Shown here: positions 48,901-62,600 of the stretch, piece by piece
Layout: every line of letters begins with the position of its first letter
Position numbering within the stretch: position 1 is the first letter of the stretch
Assembly (NCBI GenBank): GCA_020137815.1
Contig: CM035362.1
Span: 3,100,001-3,164,000, forward strand
Source: Hormiphora californensis
Taxonomy: Eukaryota > Animalia > Ctenophora
Length of the DNA stretch: 64,000 nt
Direction of reading: 5' to 3'
Notes under the pieces: model-generated
The model's database searches: none
Told to the model about the DNA's origin: nothing
The model's input: the letters and a program-made list of their open reading frames with translations, nothing else
Made by a program: the position numbers and the translations under genes

Positions 48901-51900
48901 AGATTATTTAGATCCTGAATGAACCAGAATCTTGTATCACTCTGTAGATCCCGGATGACATATTTTACCAGTCACAATGCTTGTTGTGATAACTAGTAAT
49001 CATTACTATACCTCTAATTAATGCTAATATATTGGACCTAACTGTCTCTAATTATATTACCTAGGGTGATCCCGGTGCCTTTGGAAGGCCCGGCGAGGAT
49101 GGTAAAAGGGGATCTCCCGGACAGCCCGGTAACCGAGGAATGAGGGGCGATGATGGTACTAATGGAGAGGTTGGAGATGTTGGTCTACCCGGAAAGAAGG
49201 GAGAGCCCGGTCGACCCGGACGAAATGGGTACCCCGGAGAGAGGGTAAGAGAACGTTGTAATTTTCAGATAATTATTATTGTCGATAGTTATCAAATAGT
49301 TATCAAATTAATCACATAATTCACTCGATCACATAGTTTTTTTTTTAGTTTTATCTAATCCACTGCCTCTTCTTCCCAGTCTGTTGGCCAACCAGGCCGA
49401 AATGGAGAGCCTGGTTCCCGGGGTCTTCCAGGAATGAACGGCCGAAAGGGAATGAGGGGAGATCCTGGCCGAATGGGCCGACCTGGTAAGTTGCCCTAGA
49501 CCATATTTTGAGAAATTCGCCTATCAAATTGTGATAAGTTGCACTTTATACATGTACAATAACTCATTGCTAGCACCTTTTCAAACACTCCGTGCAGGTA
49601 ACGCTGGAACCAAGGGAGCCATGGGAGATCCTGGTCTGGATGGTATGCCCGGTAGGAGTATCAATGGAATTGCGGGAAGGCCTGGCGAGGATGGCCGGGA
49701 TGGGGAACCTGGTGAGAGAGGTACACAGGGTCGACCTGGGGAGGATGGCACCTTCGTAAGTTTGATGATTAATAACTAATTAATAACAAATTAATTGATT
49801 AATAACTAATTAATAACAAATTAATTGATTAATAACTAATCAATTGATTAATTGATTGATCATTTATGTTATTAGAGGTACAACCAGAACTTTGAAACCT
49901 CAATCGTTGCTAGGAATTTTTAACACCTCTCTCTTGTTGCTAGGGAATTTTAACACCTCTCTCTTGTTGCTAGGGAATTCCCGGAAACAGGGGAGACATT
50001 GGAAAACCTGGAAACAATGGAATGCAGGGACTGCCTGGAGATATGGGAGCACCCGGGAAAAGGGGAGAATCTGGCATGGCCGGAACACCCGGACGACCTG
50101 GTAATTTGTTACCTAAATAACTATTTGATAGCCTAATTAAGTAAATAAATCTACTTACTTAAGCAATTAATTCCCATTTTGTGCTTCTCAGCTGACAGAC
50201 TAAGATACTCCAATTCGCAGGTTTTGATGGTGTTAACGGAGAGAAGGGAACCAGTGGTGTAAACGGGCTCAACGGACGACCCGGTGCTGCCGGAGAGCGG
50301 GGAGAACCCGGTAGGGATGGTGAACCCGGTTTTGCTGGCATGGCAGGCCGAGATGGTCGAAAGGGAAGCTCCGGATTCGATGGACGACCCGGAATGCCCG
50401 GACGACCTGGAATTAAGGGAAACCCCGGTATCCCGGGGAAAAACACCCCCGGACGACCCGGAGCACCCGGTGAACAAGGAACAGACGGAACAAGGGGAGA
50501 GCCGGGTGTCGATGGTCTACCCGGACGAGATGGATTGAGGGGACAACCCGGTAACTCTGGACTACCCGGACGAAGGGGTGAGCCCGGTGATCGAGGTCTA
50601 GATGGGCAACCCGGATCACCCGGTCTAATGGGTGAAACTACTTACGTGAGTCCACCTGGTGAATCATAATGGGTTATTACAGTTACTTGCTTAATAAGTA
50701 CTACTTTACGACCATTATAAGGGATTAGCTGTGACATGACATTTTATCCCCTCTCTCCAACTCATTTAGCACAATAATTCCCATCCCCCTCCCTCCTCCC
50801 TCCTAACACCTGCATTTCCCCCCCCCCCACAATCCACCCACTTATCTAACACAATTTCTCCAGTCACCCTACTCATTACCCACCCACTTATCTAACACAA
50901 TTTCCCTGCAGTCACCCCCTGGTGATCGGGGTAAGGATGGCAAGGATGGGAAGAACGGGCTCCCTGGAAGGGAGGGACTACCCGGAGAGAGGGGCCAGCC
51001 TGGCATGCCCGGCCGGGATGGATACCCTGGCTCCCCTGGACCTGATGGCAACCCTGGAACCAGCGGAAACCGGGGAGAGATTGGTCAAGCTGGATATGAC
51101 GGTTTGGTAAGAGTTAATCAATGTGTGCCACAATTAATATGGTTTAACGACACCCATTCTTCGATTTCCAAGTTTCTAAAATGCTGAAGTTACAGTCATG
51201 GAACACGATTTACCGTAATGTCGACAGAGAAGTTCAAACTAATTGGTTTTTGGTACTACATAGTATCTAATTAATAATTATCTAGTATCTAATTAACATA
51301 ATAACCAAAGAAAACGAATTTTCTCTGTTACGAACGTTTCATGGACAAAACCAATTTTTGTGGTAATAGCTCTCTGCAAAGATTGAGCACTGTATACTAT
51401 ATTATGTTAATTAGATACTATACAGTGTATAGTATCTAATTAACATAATTAACTTCTCCACAGGCCGCCAGGAATGGGTTCAAGGGCCGAGCCGGTCTGA
51501 GGGGAGACCCCGGAACGAGGGGACTACCCGGATCACCCGGACCCGATGGAACACCCGGAACACCCGGATTTGATGGAGAGCCTGGATTGCCCGGACGGGG
51601 AATAAAGGGAGTTAGGGGAGAGAGCGGTGTTAGGGTAAGTGTGATGTAATATACCTATTTCAAAAACTCTCGCATGTACTTGATATGTTTTACCTGTCAT
51701 AATTAATTATAGTCATATTTTATTAATTCTCATCCCCCTCTCAGGGTACCGATGGTATGCCCGGAGAGCCCGGTGCTGATGGCCTGGACGGTAAGAACGG
51801 TATGGCCGGCATGCCCGGTCGAAAGGGCTATGCTGGGTGGAATGGAATGCCTGGTCGCCCTGGCAACAGAGGTCTTGATGGAATGCCCGGTGAGAGAGGT

Positions 51901-54900
51901 ACACCCACCTTGGTAATTGGACAGCCAGGAGAGAAGGGTTCCCCTGGTTACGGACGACCTGGCATGCCTGGAAACAGGGTGAGTAGTTTACTGGTTGGGA
52001 AATATTTTCTTGGAGTCCAGAATAATCCAGTTTTGCTTTCTTGCAGCTCCCGAATGACTCACTTCTTGAATTACTTGAATCAATTTATCCGTGTTTCCAG
52101 GGAGACCCCGGAGCACCCGGATTGATGGGAACGCCCGGTGAGCCCGGAGACAGGAAGACCCTACCACCTGGTCGAGATGGTATGCCCGGTCGACCCGGTC
52201 AGCCCGGCCGAAAGGGTCTCAGGGGAGATCCCGGTATGCCCGGCCGAGATGGTATGCCCGGAGAGAGGGGAGAGAACACTGTTGGACGGGCCGGTATGCC
52301 CGGACGACCTGGACGGGTTGGAGATCCAGGAAGGAGGGGAATTCCCGGAAACAGGGGTGAACGGGGAGATAACGGTGCTCCTGTAAGTTAACATTTGGCA
52401 GCTCCTAGTACCCTACAAATTCCTGCACTACGAACCCCCCTAACCCCAAATTAAATAAGTTTTTTAAAGTCCTGTAAAACCATCTCCTGACAGGGTCTGT
52501 CCACGGTAGCGGAGCCCGGTACACCCGGAGAACCCGGTCGAGATGGACGGAATGGTATGCCCGGACGAAAGGGTTACCCCGGTGACCCAGGACGAAATGG
52601 AATGAGGGGAAATCCTGGTGCTATTGTAAGTGGGTATAGGGAGATCTGCACATCAACCGATTTCGCCGGATCGCACTTTAATCCGCGGTGTAACGCCCGG
52701 CTTCTGGACCCCCCCCCCCCCCCATTTATTGTAACCCCATCCCCAATACAGGGAGAGGCAGGTAAGGGAGGTAATCCCGGCATGCCCGGACGAGATGGGT
52801 ACCCCGGCCGAGATGGATATCCCGGTTCCCCAGGAGAGAGCAGCTATGGAATGCCCGGAAAGAACGGAGCCAAGGGAGAGCCCGGTGTTGCTGGTAACGA
52901 TGGAAACGCAGGGAATGCTGTAAGTTGTCATGGTGATGGAAACTGAACGGTGATTTTACACAATAATGTTCAGTTGTAAAATTTGTGCAAGAAATCCCGG
53001 TCAAATCCAGTGTTTTTCAGGGCCGAGACGGCAGCGCAGGGATGCCCGGTCGAAAGGGTTACCCTGGTAACCGAGGAATGCCCGGCAGGAACGTGAAGGG
53101 GGCTGCTGGAACACCGGGAGAGAATGGAACACCCGGACTAGCGGGGGCTGCTGGTGTCGATGGAGCTGATGGAGCGGTCGGTAACCCTGGCAGGAAGGGA
53201 TATCCTGGACGAACTGGTAATCCTGGTGTGGTCGGTTTGAAGGGAGGTGTTGGTGATGCTGGACTTCCCGGACGAGATGGATATCCCGTGAGTAATTAGT
53301 TTAATAACTGCTATTTTGATTAGTTAATCAATTTGCTAACTACTATTTTGATTAATTTATTAATTATAATGTGATGGGATTCCTTCCCAGACTCCCCTAC
53401 CAATTAATTAATTAATTAACCAACTAATTAATAACTACTTTCTTCCCATCATTACTAAGATCTGTGATCTCCTGCAGGGTCGAATGGGAAACCCTGGAGT
53501 GAGAGGATCCCCAGGTAAGACTGGACCCACGGGTGAGGCTGGCATGCCCGGAAACGCTGGCATGCCCGGCCGTGATGGAGTGAACGGAAGGAAGGGTTAC
53601 CCTGGCAACCCCGGACCTAGTGGTGTTGATGGAAAGAGGGGTGGTAATGGAGAGCCCGGAGCTAAGGGACCTCCTGGACTTGCTGGATATACCCCGACAA
53701 GGGCCAACCCTGGACCTCCCGTAAGTGATCTTTGAAATAGTGTGGAATATAGACCTAGAAAAGACGAGACCTGACCCCTACCCCGACATACCCCCCTAAC
53801 CCCAAAATACCCTATAAAACCCCTAAAGACCCTACCGCCACTGACCCTAAGTCCTAACCCCCACTGATTCCGAACAATATATTACAGGGCTACCCCCCCT
53901 CCACTAACCCTAACCCCCACTCACCACTGATCCCGAACCCCCACTGATCCCGAACATATTACAGGGCTACCCAGGAAAGAAGGGACCTAGAGGAGACCGA
54001 GGATTAACCGGATACACCGGTGCCCCTGGATTTGAGGGAGAATGCGGTGAGATTGGACCCCCTGGCCGAATTGATGGAGATATCAATGCCCTAACTGGTG
54101 CCCCCGGTGACCCCGGTCAAGCGGGAGCTAAGGGAAAAACTTTGGATTCCGAGTATTCTCAGATCCAGGTGTATGCTTTCCATTCTCAGACGAACACCCA
54201 CATGGCATGCCCATCTGGTAAGTTTTTTGTCTTCCCCCGCCCTTTTTCCCCGCCCTTTGGCCTTTTCCCGCTTTTTTTCGTGAAAGAGGTGTACTAGCTA
54301 CATACTTCTAATTAAATTAAATCTGAACAATTCTTATGCCAATAGCGATCTCTCAGATTAAATTATTTTCCTAATTATTCCTAATTAATTACTAATCAAT
54401 TAGAAATAAATTAGAAATTGATTAATTACCTCCCTTAGGTATGTTGGAGATTAGACGAGGTTTCTCCTTCCTCTACTTTGACTCCTCAACCGGTACGGGT
54501 CACGGTGTCCCCCTGAGCAGGGAGGGAAGTTGTCTCTCATCTTTCTCAATCCAGCCCATGTTGGAGTGTACTACCAAATACTGTGAGGTAATTGCGGGGA
54601 ATGGTACGTGGTGTGGTAACTGGTACGTACGTCGGGGGGGGGGGGGGGTGGTACGTGGTAACTGGTACGTGGGGGGGGTGTGGTGGGGGGGTACATGCGG
54701 TCTGGTACGTGGTGTGTGGTACGTGGTATCTGGTACGTGTGGTGGTACGTGGGGGATCTGGTACGTGGTGTGTGGTCTGTGGTGTGGTACGTGGGGGATA
54801 TCTGGTACGTCCCTCCTCGTTTCTAGAATCTAGATCTAACTCCTTTCTCTTTTGTCTCCTTTCTCTTTTGTCTCCTATCTCCAATATATCTCCTAAATCT

Positions 54901-56227
54901 CTCTCTGTCTAGGTGAAAGGAGACGATAGTTCTCTTTGGATGCCCGTGGGAGATATTCCTGAGGGTAGCGCTGCTGGTATGTATTACCCCTCTGATGAGC
55001 TGATTGTGGACGCAACGGATCCAAATGATCAAACTGAGACTGTTCTCAAGTTCATCTCTCGGTGTAAGTATACTTTGAGTAATTAGTTCGATTAATTAAT
55101 ACACATATCTCCCGATATAATTATCAATTAATTACACCAACCCAATGCAGGTACGGTGTGTGAATCGCCGTCAGTAGTGTTTGCAATCCACTCCTTTACC
55201 AACATTGACCCCTCCTGTCCTGATAAATGGGAGGAGTTATGGAATGGGTTCTCTCTCATCATGGTAAGGAGTTAATTAGTTAGTTAGGCATAATTAATTA
55301 GTTATTTAATTAAGGAGTTAATTAAGGAGTTAATAAATTAATTATAACACAAGACGAGGTGAATGTATTACATTATTAGGATAATTTCATCCTGATATTG
55401 CTAGGTTGCTAGGTTACTAGTTAATACTGTGTTACGAGTTGATTATGGGTAACCATGTTACTACTAGTATAGGTAATATAGGTAATTACTACTAGGTTAA
55501 AGGTTTCTAACCTCAATTTCCCTCAGGGTAAGGATCGAGGCGGTGGTGCCGGGCTGGAACTGCAGGGTCATGGGTCATGTGTCAAATACTTCACTCCTCA
55601 GCTTTCTGTGCGGTGCAGCCGAACCGGAGGTAATATCTGATTTTATGAAGGAGCACTCCACATTTTATGAAGGAGCACTAAATAGTTTTATAAAGGAGTA
55701 CATTAAAATATGCTCGTTTTCCTCAGGAACAACTGGACGACCGAGTTGTCACTTTATCAGCCAGGATCAGACAACTGCCTACGTGAAGGCATCCAACTGG
55801 GCCAATGAGCAGGACCAAGTTGGTAAGTGTCAGCAATTAACATTTATCAGATATTTTGACATATTTGAACTAAATGGAACTTGATGTTAGTACAATGACG
55901 TCGTGGTAGTTATTAAAAAGAGCCCTTGTGGTTAATTACTCAAACCCTCCCCCTTGTGGTTTACTCAAACCTTCCCCCTTGTGGTTTACTCAAACCTTCC
56001 CCCTTGTGGTTTACTCAAACCTTCCCCCTTGTGGTTAATTACCCAAACCCTCCCCCTTGTGGTTAGTTACTCAAACCTTCCCCTTTGTGGTTTACTCAAA
56101 CCTGCCCCTTGTGGTAATTGTATCATTGATGCATCAATTTCACTCTTCAGATTTCTTCAACCCTGAGCTGAAAAACTCGCTATCTCGGTGCGTCGTCTGC
56201 CGACGGATAACTAACATCCAAATCTAA
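45988..56227 (+). CDS. col4a: Collagen IV alpha chain, gene C (many small exons, single NC1)
   Basis: Signal [13 protein letters not shown], then [23 protein letters not shown] and Gly-X-Y exons. NC1 reads [64 protein letters not shown]. Confidence 0.92.
55924..56115. repeat. ~24-28-bp intronic minisatellite
   Basis: Repeat unit CCCCTTGTGGTTTACTCAAACCTT. Confidence 0.85.
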
Positions 56228-57593
56228 AAAATCCCGAAACACTTCCTACTGGAGAGGAGAGGGACGCTAGGGTGCGATGAAGCTGAGTGGAAGAGAGATA
56301 GAGAGACATTTATTTGTACATATTTGTAAAATATTTGTGATTTTTTAGGGAGAATGAAAGAGTCTCTGAATGACTGGACAGTGACAGCTTGAGAAATATC
56401 TGAGCTAGATGCGTGTGAGAGAGAGAGAGAGAGAGTTGTGCGGCAAGGGCTCCTACTGCTCTTGCTGTATAAGATCGCTGCTGAAAGTCCTTGGTGATTT
56501 GTTTTATAATCATTTTAACAATTATCTTGAACCCCCTTTGAAAACCAACTTGTTTCTAGCATTTCAACATATTCAGCCGGAACCGACCGAATCAGGAAAT
56601 ACTGGTCCCTGATTGGCTGATAACCAGTCACATGACCTAAATAACGAGTTCTGATTGGTTGTTTACTTGTTTCTAGCATCTCAACACATCCAGGGGTGGC
56701 GGAATGATTCAAGAGCGGTGATGCCATGGGGGGGTTGGCCCCAGCGCCCCTCGGTTCCACCCTGTATGGCGGCGCCAGACAGGTTCCGCAAACCCTGAAT
56801 TCGAACTCAAAATCTCGAAAAATTGTCTTCTACCCTGTCTGTTGTCAACTCGTCCCTGGCTCTAGTGCCCATGAACTTCCGGGCTGCTAAAACCACAATC
56901 ATCACGTGCTACGTATCTTGCTCTACAATTATAGTTCAGCCCAATAAAATACTTCTCAGTTTTCTATAGAAACCGCATAACCACACATGGGTTCATCATT
57001 TCACGTGTCAACTTACACTCACTTCCGGGATCTCTATCAAATATACCACAAACTACCTTGATCGCATAAGGCCATATCTCGCACTGTTCAACGTGACCAG
57101 GCCCTAAATATCAAAACCACATAGTGGCAAAACCACACTGTCTTTGAACCGGATATACTATCATGGTGGTAGATATCTGATCTAGACACGTGACAAGTAA
57201 TGAGTATCTTTTCACACATGTGGCAGCTGCATATCAAAGTATGAAAGTGGCCGGAGCTGTCAGCTCGTTGCCTAACCTCTTATCGCTTTGCTCAAAGATT
57301 TCGGAGAGAAGCGAGTGAGAATGGGACAGATGATATGGTAACTTCCAGTTCCTCTGTTCACGCCTCAATTTCATTACCCGCACATGTTAAGTTCTCCGAT
57401 ACTTTCTAAAATCCAAAACATGGACACAAAGTGTCTTTTGTAATCCCAAAAATCCTACAAATCTTTGAAATATATTTTTAAGGGGTCCTGATAACGTACT
57501 TCCCCGTGTGTTATCATGTGTCTCACTACTGTCAGGTATAATTGCAATGACCCTTTCTCTGATCACTCTTCGCTTCGGAGCAAGTGGTCACTG

Positions 57594-58826
57594 GGCAGGT
57601 GAGTAGAACTTCGCTCCCAATAAAAGGCTGCAATAAAAGGCTGCAAAAAAAGGCTGCAAAAAAAGGCTGCAATAAAAGGCTGCAATAAAAGGCTGCAAAA
57701 AAAGGCTGCAATAAAAGGCTGCAATAAAAGGCTGCAGTGGATCACGTATCCAACTAGACTAAAGCGGTAGATACACCGAATCGTCCTCCCCTAGTAGTGT
57801 TTCGTTTCACGTATCGGTCTCTACCATAGGCGGTAGAGAGACCGAATCACCCGCCCCTAATTATAGTGATTTGTGTCTAAATAAACCATGGGCAGAAGAG
57901 AGACCGAATTACCCTCCCTAACAGTGATTCGTGTCACGTATCCAACTAGACCATAGGCGATAAAGAGAACGAGATAGAAAGCGACTGAGAACTGAGAGTG
58001 AGTCGTGAGAGAGTGAAAAATCAGAATCATGGACAACTAAAGGAGTGTGGTATCACGTACCATGGTATCCTCTAATGAAAAGCGGTTACCAATTGAGAAT
58101 GAAACCTCATTGGTCCTGATACGTGATTCTCTACCGCCGTATAATATACTCCCTTAGTCTTTCCGTATCGACCCACGATTCAGTAGAGGTAGTCAGTAAC
58201 TACTGAGAGTGTCGGTCTTATGAGGTAGGGTAGATCCATTGATTGAGCGTGTAGCACAATGACAGGTGAACCAACCAACCACTTGGCTCATCTATCATAG
58301 TATCTTGTGTGATTCCGCTCTACTGAATCATGGATCAATACAATAAAAACTATTGGCGAATAGCTATAGAAAATCAGTAATCACGTATCGGGACCGATTA
58401 GGTCAAATTATAGGTTACCACCTTTCATTAGAGGATATCATGATACGTGATACCATACTTGATTAGTCGCCCATGATTCGGATTTCTCACTCTCACCTCT
58501 ACCTCCGTCTATCTACCGCCTATAATGGTTTATTCGGATACATGACACGAATCACTATAATTAGGGGCGGGTGATTCGGTCTCTCTACCGCCTATGGTAG
58601 AGACCGATACGTGAAACAAAACACTACTAGGGGAGGACGATTCGGTGTATCTACCGCTTTAGTCTAGTTGGATACGTGATCCACTGCAGCCTTTTATTGC
58701 AGCCTTTTATTGCAGCCTTTTTTGCAGCCTTTTATTGCAGCCTTTTATTGCAGCCTTTTTTTGCAGCCTTTTTTTGCAGCCTTTTATTGCAGCCTTTTAT
58801 TGGGAGCGAAGTTCTACTCACCTGCC
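57594..58826. mobile_element. Foldback DNA transposon with long TIRs containing AAAAGGCTGCA repeats; 8-bp TSD (Merlin-like)
   Basis: GGCAGGTGAGTAGAACTTCGCTCCC...GGGAGCGAAGTTCTACTCACCTGCC. TSD GGTCACTG at 57586-57593 and 58827-58834. Confidence 0.9.
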
Positions 58827-59611
58827 GGTCACTGGTCAGGGATCGCAGTACTGACAATGACTTACTATGTGTCTATACCACCCACATTCCTAGTTAACAT
58901 GCCCGGCCGCAGTCCCATCTGGGGTCGCCCTACGTCTCCTGACAGGCCTGCACTGTTATCTTACCGTGTGTCACGTGATCCACATAAAAGTCACGTGACC
59001 TCCAAATGTCACGTGACAAGCTCTTGACAGTTCATGTTGTTTACTTTTAGTACAACAGAGAGAGAGGCAGTAGTTACAATAACATGCACTACTGCTATAC
59101 TACGTGGCGCAATGGCCAGTCAGGGAATGAGTGGGTATTTTTAGGGAGAGAGAATGAGTAGATTTGAGTGCAGCTCTCATACGATATGTTGTGTGTTGCT
59201 CTTGCGTGTGTCGGGCGAGGGGGAGGGTGATGGAAAACATATAATTAATCATTTAAATTTAAATTGTTTAGGAATTGGATCCATTCCGAGAGTTATGGTT
59301 CCCATTATTGGGATATTTTGTGTCTATCTCATCTGTATCTGTCTATCCCAACCCTTCGTTCCAACTGTTCTCGAAGTTTAGGGATGGGGTGTAGTCTGTC
59401 AGAGCATTGGCCTGACCCATTCTCGTTTCTCTCAAATAAGAGCGAGAACTGTGGTCAGAGCATTGGCCTGACAGGGTGTAGTAAGGGACCCTGTTCATGT
59501 TGTATTGGAGTTTTGTTATTTTAGTTTTACTGTTTCTAACATACCATGCCTGTCCCCCCTTTGCAGTGTTGATGGTCACTAGAGACAACTCTCGGGGCCG
59601 ACTGCACTAAA

Positions 59612-62600
59612 ATGTAAGTTATGAAATTGAGGTTATAGTAGTTATAGTAACCATAGAATCTTTGATTTGAGTTATATGTAGGGTAAGCTGGGGTGAAATG
59701 GCCCGCGGGGTAAAGTGGCCCATGTATGGGGCAAAGTGGCCCTAGTTATTACATGTGGTCACGTGACTTTTTCTCCAGCGGAGACCTGCTCGTTCTGTTC
59801 CGAATTTTCGCTTTAAAACTGCTGTCATTTCTGTTTGGGTTGGCCGATTTTAATTTTGCAAAAACTGCCAGTTAGGCTTTATAATTCTCTAAAACGTGGT
59901 ATAAAAATTTTTGAAGAAATTGGCATTTTTGTTGTCTTAATTGTCAATTTTGTGAAATCGGGGCAAATATGGCCCACTCTCCGGGGCAAAGTGGTCCGGT
60001 CTGGGGCAAAGTGGCCCACCTCTAGGACCAATGAAATGGCGCCTGCAATACCACGTGATATTGGAATGCACAAAAGTGTAGTACAGACGATCAAATTAGG
60101 GGCAAAGTGGCCCATGTTCCGGTGCAGAACATGGGCCACTTTGCCCCTAGTTTGATCGTTTCGTCTAACAACACCAGGCACGTGATAAAATCGAGCAATG
60201 CTATTGGCTTGGGCCACTTTGCCCCGGTGCAAATTTTCCAAAAAACGCCTCACCAAATTATTTGAATTGATTAATTAACCCATTAAATAAAACTTGTAGA
60301 TAATAAAATTTAGCTCGGCTGAAAGGAAAAGGTTCCATTGGATAGCCTATATAATTTTTTTCTTCCTGCTGTATAAATTGCGTATTTTAGAACCTAAAAC
60401 GTTAAAAGTGGGCCACTTTTACCCCAGCTTACCCTAGTTATAGTAACTATTACATTGAATCTTTGGTTACCGTGGTTGCCCGTGTGAGGGGATCGCCCTC
60501 CGGGCGCACGAACATGCTAGGGGCGCAACGTGCCCAATTACCGTGGTAACCAAGGCAGCTGAAGTGCAGGAACACATTATATACCGTAAGTTGGGGTAAC
60601 TTTGTTTTGCAGGGTAACTTTGGACACTTTCAAAATTTGGCTTTAGTCCAAAATTACCAACAGATAACGAGAGATTTGGAAAAAATTTTGGGCGTACAAG
60701 TAACTGACCCACAAATGTCTAACTAACGGTACAATTATATTTTCCAAGTCTATGCTAATTAGCTCCTAATTAGGGTCAAACATAATTGATGTCAAAATCG
60801 CTAAAAATGTTCAAATCAAAATGGGTACCATAGATCTGACCGGGCAAATGATCGAATCAAGTTTGCTCCATAGAGTGGAAGGGTTTCGATCAAATAATTC
60901 GGGGCACCATTTTTCAAATCCGACCAATTACTTTAATTGAGACTAATTGGGGTGGCTAATGTTACCCCACCATATTTTGAATTTTCGGGTAACTTTGGAC
61001 GGGGTGTCAAAGTTACCCCATACTACATGTTTTGAACTTTTGATGTCTGCAGAGATGCCTTAAACCCTCTCTGACTTGTTTAGAACCATCTGACCAAGAT
61101 TTAGCCCGATCCATGCCCATTTTCATCGATCTATTCTCTAAGGTAGTAAAAAAACATAATTAGTTCTACTTTATGGAGCTAGATCATAGAAATCCGACCT
61201 GAAACCCATCAAACTTCAATAATTTGGGGTCCCTCATCCATTCTGTAGCTTGGTAGATGGTATTGAGTATTGACCCTCTAGGTGAGTCTATTAGTTCTTG
61301 TGGACACTCTATGCAGGAACACACGCACCAAAACTCCTTTAGCCAGTACCCATAAGTTTCCGGCCACTTCCTGGCGGTCCAATTCAGTAAAAAGAACTAA
61401 TACTGCCGCCTAGGGGCCCAATACCACCTACCAATCTAGAGGGTGGATAAGGGACCCCAAATTATTGAAGTTTGATGTGTTTTAGGACGGTTGTTTGTGG
61501 TATAGCTCCATAAAATAGACCAAATCCTCGTTTATTCACTACATTTAGCGAGTAGATGGATGAAAACGGGTGTGGATTGGGCTGAATCTTGGTCGTATGG
61601 TCCTAAACAAGTCAGAGAGGGTCTAAGGCAACTCTACAAACACTCATCGAAAACCTAAACATTTTATGTTCATTTATTTATCTCAGCAAAATGTGTCCAA
61701 AGTTACCCCACCCTCATTCCAAAGTTACCCCATGCCCTAAAACCCCACTTACACTAAAATACGTGTTAATTAATCTAATTAAATGAGACGGGACCAAAAA
61801 TTTCACTAGTTATATCTGGTGTACTGGGTCTGGAACGGGATTATTTGGTTCAAAAATTTTCGAGTGTGGTTCTGGCAAGGAGTTATTTTAGGAGAATGCT
61901 AAAAAGTGGTACAAAATTACCCCAACTTACGGTATCAACCACATATATTTCTACTTTGTTATTTTCCCATAGATATATCAATTATCAACCACGTATAATT
62001 CTACTTTGTGTGCCTTAAACCACAGATTATTGTCCCTCACAAAACACCTTTCCACTTCAGGGAACGAAGGATAATTCTGTTATTAGTGGCGCTCGCTCTA
62101 ACTGCTACTGTTGCAGAGGTAAATACATTTTAGCAGTGCTTTACCGGATTATCTACCATCTCTGATTCTTTTTTTCTATTATCTCTGATTCTTTATCTCC
62201 CTTGAAGTTGATCTGTTCAGGGGAGACAAAGATCTTTGTTTCTATCTTTACTATCTAAATCTTTATCTCCCTGATCTCTTTATAGTACATCATCCTTTTC
62301 CATCACTTCTCTCTCCTCAGATCTATATTTTTCTATCTCCCACCCTAGGCGAACAAGAAGAACAGGGGTAAGAAAGCCAAGGCTGCAACCCAGATCCTAG
62401 GTGAAGCTGACCCTTATGGAGCTGACCCTTACTATGATCCTTACTATGGCGGATCATCCTCAGGTAATTAGGGGTAATTAGGAGTTAATAAGTAGGTAAT
62501 TAGGAGTTAATTAGTAGGTAATTAGGAGTTAATTAGCTAGTAATTAGGAGCTGTAGTTAAGAGGTAATTAGGGGCTGTAATTAATAGGTAATTAGGAGCT

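Noticed and set aside
56228-59560. A second NC1 cassette downstream of gene C
   Set aside because: I found no NC1 motifs and no AGCGGCAGCGTG motif. The interval is mostly transposon and promoter-like DNA.
60495-60521. Hairpin followed by CTAG, resembling a Helitron 3' end (similar hairpin at 757-775)
   Set aside because: No matching 5' end, no A|T insertion site and no Rep/helicase sequence. Too short to support.
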